Origin: Ostreococcus lucimarinus
Lineage: Eukaryota
Reading direction: 5' to 3' (one strand)
NCBI GenBank assembly: GCA_000092065.1
Contig: CP000585.1
Length of the DNA: 64,000 bases
Shown: piece after piece, positions 60,265 to 64,000 of the stretch
Position numbering within the stretch: the stretch's first letter is position 1
Layout: every line of letters starts with the position of its first letter
Made by a program: the position numbers and the translations under genes
Notes under the pieces: model-generated
What the model saw: the letters and a program-made list of their open reading frames with translations, nothing else
What the model was told of the DNA's origin: nothing
The model's database searches: none

Positions 60265-63120
60265 ATGGCGACGACGGCGACCGGGACGACGACGACGACG
60301 CGGGCGGGCGTCGCGCGCGCGCGGCGCGCGCGCGCGACGGCGACGCGTCGAACGGCGACGCGCGTCGGGAGGGGCGTCGAAGACGCGCGACGCGATGACG
60401 AAGCCTCGGCGCGACGACGAGGGCGCGCGGTCGCGCGCGCGAGCGCGGGCGCGGGCGGGAGCGGAGGGAAGAAGATAAGCCAGAATGAGTTCACGGCGCG
60501 CGCGTGGGACGCGATCGTGCGGGCGCCGGAGGTGGCGAAACAGAGCAAACAACAAATCGTGGAGACGGAGCACGTGTGCGAGGCGCTGTGCTCGCAAAAG
60601 GACGCGTTCGCGATGCGGATATTCGCCCAAGCGGGAGTGAAGGATTTGAAATTAGTGATATCGAGAACGCGTGATTTCATCGCGGGGCAGCCGCAGGTGA
60701 GCGGGGCGGCGCAACAGGTGCTGGGGAGGTTTTTGGAGTCGCTCGTGGACGACGCGCGGACGATTTCGAGCGGCATGTCGGACGAGTTCGTGGCGGTGGA
60801 ACATTTGGTGCTCGCGCTGGCGCGAGACGAGAGATTTGGGAAAGGATTGATGGCGGATTTGGGGATCACGTACGCGAATCTCGAGGCCGCGGTGATCACG
60901 CTGCGTCGGGGAGAGAACGTGACGGATCAAGACGCCGAGGATAAGTACGAGGCGCTGAAAAAGTACTCGCGGGATTTGACGGAGGAGGCTCGGGCGGGGA
61001 AGTTGGATCCCGTCATCGGCCGAGACGATGAAATTCGTCGCACGATTCAAATCTTAAGTCGTCGCTCGAAGAATAATCCGGTGTTGATCGGAGAACCCGG
61101 GGTAGGGAAGACGGCGGTGGCGGAGGGACTGGCGCAACGCGTCGTTCGAGGCGACGTCCCGACGTCTCTCCAAGACGTGAAAATCATGTCATTGGACATG
61201 GGTTTGCTCATCGCCGGCGCAAAGTTTCGAGGGGAGTTTGAAGATAGGCTAAAGGCGGTGATGAAGGAAGTTTCCGACTCCATGGGGAAAATTATCCTTT
61301 TCATCGACGAGATTCACACCGTCGTCGGCGCCGGAGGCGGAGGCGGCGGGGGCAACGGCATGGACGCGGGTAACTTGCTCAAACCCATGCTCGGGCGAGG
61401 TGAGCTGCGATGCATCGGAGCAACGACGTTGGATGAGTATCGCACGTACATCGAGAAAGATCCCGCGCTCGAACGTCGATTCCAACAAGTTATAATCGCG
61501 CAGCCGACGGTGGAGGACACGATCAGTATCTTGCGAGGTTTACGCGAACGCTACGAGCTTCATCACGGGGTCTCGATCTCTGATTCTGCCTTGGTCGAAG
61601 CGGCGACGCTCAGCGACCGATACATCGCCGATCGCTTCTTGCCGGACAAGGCGATCGATCTCGTAGATGAGTCCGCAGCCAAGCTCAAGATGGAAATCAC
61701 GTCGAAACCGACGGTTTTGGATGAAATCGATCGCGAGATTTTGAAACTTCAAATGGAGAAGATATCGTTGTCGCGACCAGGCGCTTCGCGAGACGCGCGC
61801 TCGATCCAATCCAAAGTTGAGAAGCTCGACAGCGATCTGAAGGCGCTCACCGAAAAGCAGTCGGTGCTCAACGATCAATGGCAAGGTGAACAAAACAAGT
61901 TGAAGGCGATTCAGACTTTGAAGGAAGAAATTGATTCGGTTACGAACAGCATTCAGCGCGCCGAGCGTGAGTATGACTTGAATAAAGCGGCTGAGTTGAA
62001 GTACGGTACGCTCATGACGTTGCAGCGAAGACTAAACGAGGCAGAGGAAGTGCTCGAGCTCGCTACTTCGGAGGGACCGACTCTTTTGCGCGACGAAGTC
62101 ACCGAGGCCGACATCGCGGACGTCATCTCCAAGTGGACCGGTATTCCCGTCGCCAAGCTCCAGCAAGGCGAGCGGGAAAAACTTCTTGATTTACCCGCCG
62201 AACTTCACAAGCGAGTCGTCGGCCAAGATGAAGCCGTGCAGTCTGTGTGCGAGGCTATTCAGCGCTCTCGCGCGGGTCTCTCTGACCCGAACCGCCCGAT
62301 TGCGAGTTTCATGTTCCTCGGCCCCACGGGCGTGGGTAAAACGGAGCTGTGCAAAACATTGGCAAACTTTTTGTTCAACACCGAGGAAGCGATGATTCGC
62401 ATCGATATGAGCGAGTATATGGAAAAACACTCTGTGAGTCGCTTGATTGGCGCTCCGCCCGGGTACGTCGGTTTCGAGGAAGGCGGTCAACTCACCGAGG
62501 CGGTACGACACCGTCCGTATTCTGTCGTACTTTTCGACGAGATGGAAAAAGCACACGGTGATGTTTTCAACGTATTGCTTCAGATTTTGGACGATGGTCG
62601 CGTCACCGATTCGCAAGGGCGTTTGATCAACTTCAAAAACACTATTCTCATCATGACGTCAAACATCGGTAGTCAATATGTGCTCGACACCAACGAAGCT
62701 TCGAAAGAAACTAGACGCGAGCGTGTGATGGATGCTGTGCGTGGACACTTCCGACCGGAGTTCATCAACCGTGTGGACGAGTGGATCGTCTTTGATCCGC
62801 TTGCGAAGGATCAAGTCACCGCCATCGTTCGACAACAAGTCGAACGCGTCACCTCCCGTCTCGCTGATCGTAAGATTGGACTCCGAGTCTCCGACGAAGC
62901 CGTTGCGTTACTCTCCGACACCGGCTACGACCCCGCATTCGGCGCTCGTCCCGTGAAGCGCGCGGTGCAGAGCTTATTAGAAACCGCCGTAGCCCAAGCC
63001 ATCCTTCGAGGCGACGTCAACGAGGATCAAACCGCCGTCGTCGACGTCGACCCGTCGTCCACGGGGAAGCTTGTCGTCACCGCAAAAGATTCTCCCAAGT
63101 CTGCAAACGTCATCGCATGA
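60265..63120 (+). CDS. clpB: ClpB/Hsp100 disaggregase, organelle-targeted (ClpB3-like)
   Basis: Clp N domain. Two AAA+ modules ([18 protein letters not shown]; [20 protein letters not shown]). Middle coiled-coil domain. ClpB signature [38 protein letters not shown] at 60265. Confidence 0.85.
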   Translation: MATTATGTTTTTRAGVARARRARATATRRTATRVGRGVEDARRDDEASARRRGRAVARASAGAGGSGGKKISQNEFTARAWDAIVRAPEVAKQSKQQIVETEHVCEALCSQKDAFAMRIFAQAGVKDLKLVISRTRDFIAGQPQVSGAAQQVLGRFLESLVDDARTISSGMSDEFVAVEHLVLALARDERFGKGLMADLGITYANLEAAVITLRRGENVTDQDAEDKYEALKKYSRDLTEEARAGKLDPVIGRDDEIRRTIQILSRRSKNNPVLIGEPGVGKTAVAEGLAQRVVRGDVPTSLQDVKIMSLDMGLLIAGAKFRGEFEDRLKAVMKEVSDSMGKIILFIDEIHTVVGAGGGGGGGNGMDAGNLLKPMLGRGELRCIGATTLDEYRTYIEKDPALERRFQQVIIAQPTVEDTISILRGLRERYELHHGVSISDSALVEAATLSDRYIADRFLPDKAIDLVDESAAKLKMEITSKPTVLDEIDREILKLQMEKISLSRPGASRDARSIQSKVEKLDSDLKALTEKQSVLNDQWQGEQNKLKAIQTLKEEIDSVTNSIQRAEREYDLNKAAELKYGTLMTLQRRLNEAEEVLELATSEGPTLLRDEVTEADIADVISKWTGIPVAKLQQGEREKLLDLPAELHKRVVGQDEAVQSVCEAIQRSRAGLSDPNRPIASFMFLGPTGVGKTELCKTLANFLFNTEEAMIRIDMSEYMEKHSVSRLIGAPPGYVGFEEGGQLTEAVRHRPYSVVLFDEMEKAHGDVFNVLLQILDDGRVTDSQGRLINFKNTILIMTSNIGSQYVLDTNEASKETRRERVMDAVRGHFRPEFINRVDEWIVFDPLAKDQVTAIVRQQVERVTSRLADRKIGLRVSDEAVALLSDTGYDPAFGARPVKRAVQSLLETAVAQAILRGDVNEDQTAVVDVDPSSTGKLVVTAKDSPKSANVIA

Positions 63121-63429
63121 CCGAGCACTGATTCTTCTCTCGCACTCGCATTGGTGTAATACGCAAAGCCTTCATTTTTGACTCCTCGCGCCTTCGAACC
63201 GCACTTCGCGCCGCGAACGCACCGCGCACAATGGGCGAAGACGACGATGAATGGCGCTCGCGCGTCAATCGCGACGAGAACCGCGAGGAACTGTGCGTTT
63301 CGAAGCGTGGTGCTCCCGAGCGACGACGAACCGCGCGCGCAAAGTCAATCATCAATCATCTGGAATTGTCGACGAAAACGCGCCGACGGGCGAAGACTGA
63401 CCGCGCACGCATCGTCCGCGCTCGACAGC

Positions 63430-64000
63430 ATGACCGCGATGCTCTCCGCGAAAGATCCGCCCTACGCGGACGCGGTCGTCACGAACGCTAGGGTGGCGGC
63501 GACGAAGCTGGAGAAGATGCTGTTCGAAAAGTGCAAGAGCGAAGAGTCGTACAAGCGCAAAGTTTTAAACAAAATAGAGTCGATCTCGGAGAAGATCATA
63601 CGCGACAGGGCGCAAAAGAATATGGAAGCGCAAGGCTTAAAAATGGCGGAAGCGCCGGCGAAGCGGGCGAAGACGGAGGGTGTGGGAGGTGGCGAAGCGG
63701 CTTCGACTTCGACGGCGCGTTCGCCGTACGAAGAGGGGCGAGCGTATTTTGAAGCGTTGTCGCCGGTGGATCAGAAAACCATGCGAAGGGACATCTTGAA
63801 GCGATGGTTGGAAGAGAATAAAGGGAAGACGGCGATCGCAAACGAGTTTCAATCGACCGAAGACGCGCAGGTGAGGAGGCAGATTTACGTTAACAAGCTC
63901 AAAGATCACCTCGATTTGCACATGTTCAAGTCGTTGACGAATCAGTTACGGGCGCAGCGTCCGACGATAATCAATCCCGAGCTTCAAGGATTTGTCGCCG
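63430..64000 (+). CDS. KIX-domain protein (MED15-like), 5' part; CDS continues beyond window end
   Basis: Open frame from ATG 63430 to the window edge, so it has no stop and is absent from the ORF track. VAATKLEKMLFEKCKSEESYKRKVLNKIESISEKI resembles the MED15 KIX helix 2-3 (RFEEKIYTAASSQSDYLRKISLKMLTME). Lower GC than upstream. Confidence 0.35.
   Translation, partial: MTAMLSAKDPPYADAVVTNARVAATKLEKMLFEKCKSEESYKRKVLNKIESISEKIIRDRAQKNMEAQGLKMAEAPAKRAKTEGVGGGEAASTSTARSPYEEGRAYFEALSPVDQKTMRRDILKRWLEENKGKTAIANEFQSTEDAQVRRQIYVNKLKDHLDLHMFKSLTNQLRAQRPTIINPELQGFVA

Noticed and set aside
1-64000. Search for tRNA, rRNA, CRISPR arrays, prokaryotic operon structure or transposon hallmarks (TIRs, LTRs, RT or transposase ORFs).
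   Set aside because: No T-loop-like GGTTCGAATCC motifs in a cloverleaf context, no rRNA-like conserved blocks, no repeat-spacer arrays, and no transposase or RT domains were seen. The gene set and introns are eukaryotic and nuclear.

Overview
This window is a gene-dense, very GC-rich (about 65-70% outside a few genes) stretch of a eukaryotic nuclear genome. The gene content is green-algal, and composition, gene spacing and intron signals suggest a Mamiellophyceae picoalga such as Micromonas (inference only). I can support about 36 protein-coding genes on both strands, with short intergenic spacers (often under 300 bp), and no rRNA, tRNA, CRISPR or recognisable transposon. Recognisable products are: a NusA-like protein with a SAP domain, a ferredoxin-dependent bilin reductase, a Tex-like S1/YqgF protein, the ER Hsp70 Grp170/HYOU1 with a C-terminal KDEL, a sterol C4-methyl oxidase (SMO/ERG25), isopentenyl phosphate kinase, a MATH/TRAF coiled-coil protein, EIPR1/TSSC1, a DnaJB, the Qc-SNARE SYP71, a YeeE/YedE transporter, a Ycf54-like protein, PsbR, a BET bromodomain protein, DNAJC7 (TPR + J domain), plastidic G6PD, an NADPH:quinone oxidoreductase, an ankyrin protein, a GATA-like zinc-finger protein with an AT-hook, a 2452-aa Piezo channel, a FAM185A/DUF4097 protein, TMEM120 (TACAN), a GT4 glycosyltransferase, ClpB/Hsp100, and a KIX-domain (MED15-like) protein truncated at the window edge. 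The main finding is that the six-frame ORF track mis-models many genes. At least nine spliceosomal introns are present, mostly near 5' ends. They share near-invariant signals: a GTGCG[T/C/A] donor, a CGACTGAC branch point 20-35 nt upstream of a [C/T]AG acceptor, and often a microsatellite next to the branch point. Several ORF 'starts' in the track are GTG or TTG codons, not ATG. Other observations are a 94-bp x3 tandem repeat in a divergent promoter, a Piezo / FAM185A / TMEM120 neighbourhood with noticeably lower GC, a protein built from four Cys-rich repeats, and several promoter or 5'-UTR microsatellites. The many long R/A-rich ORFs antisense to or overlapping these genes are artefacts of high GC.
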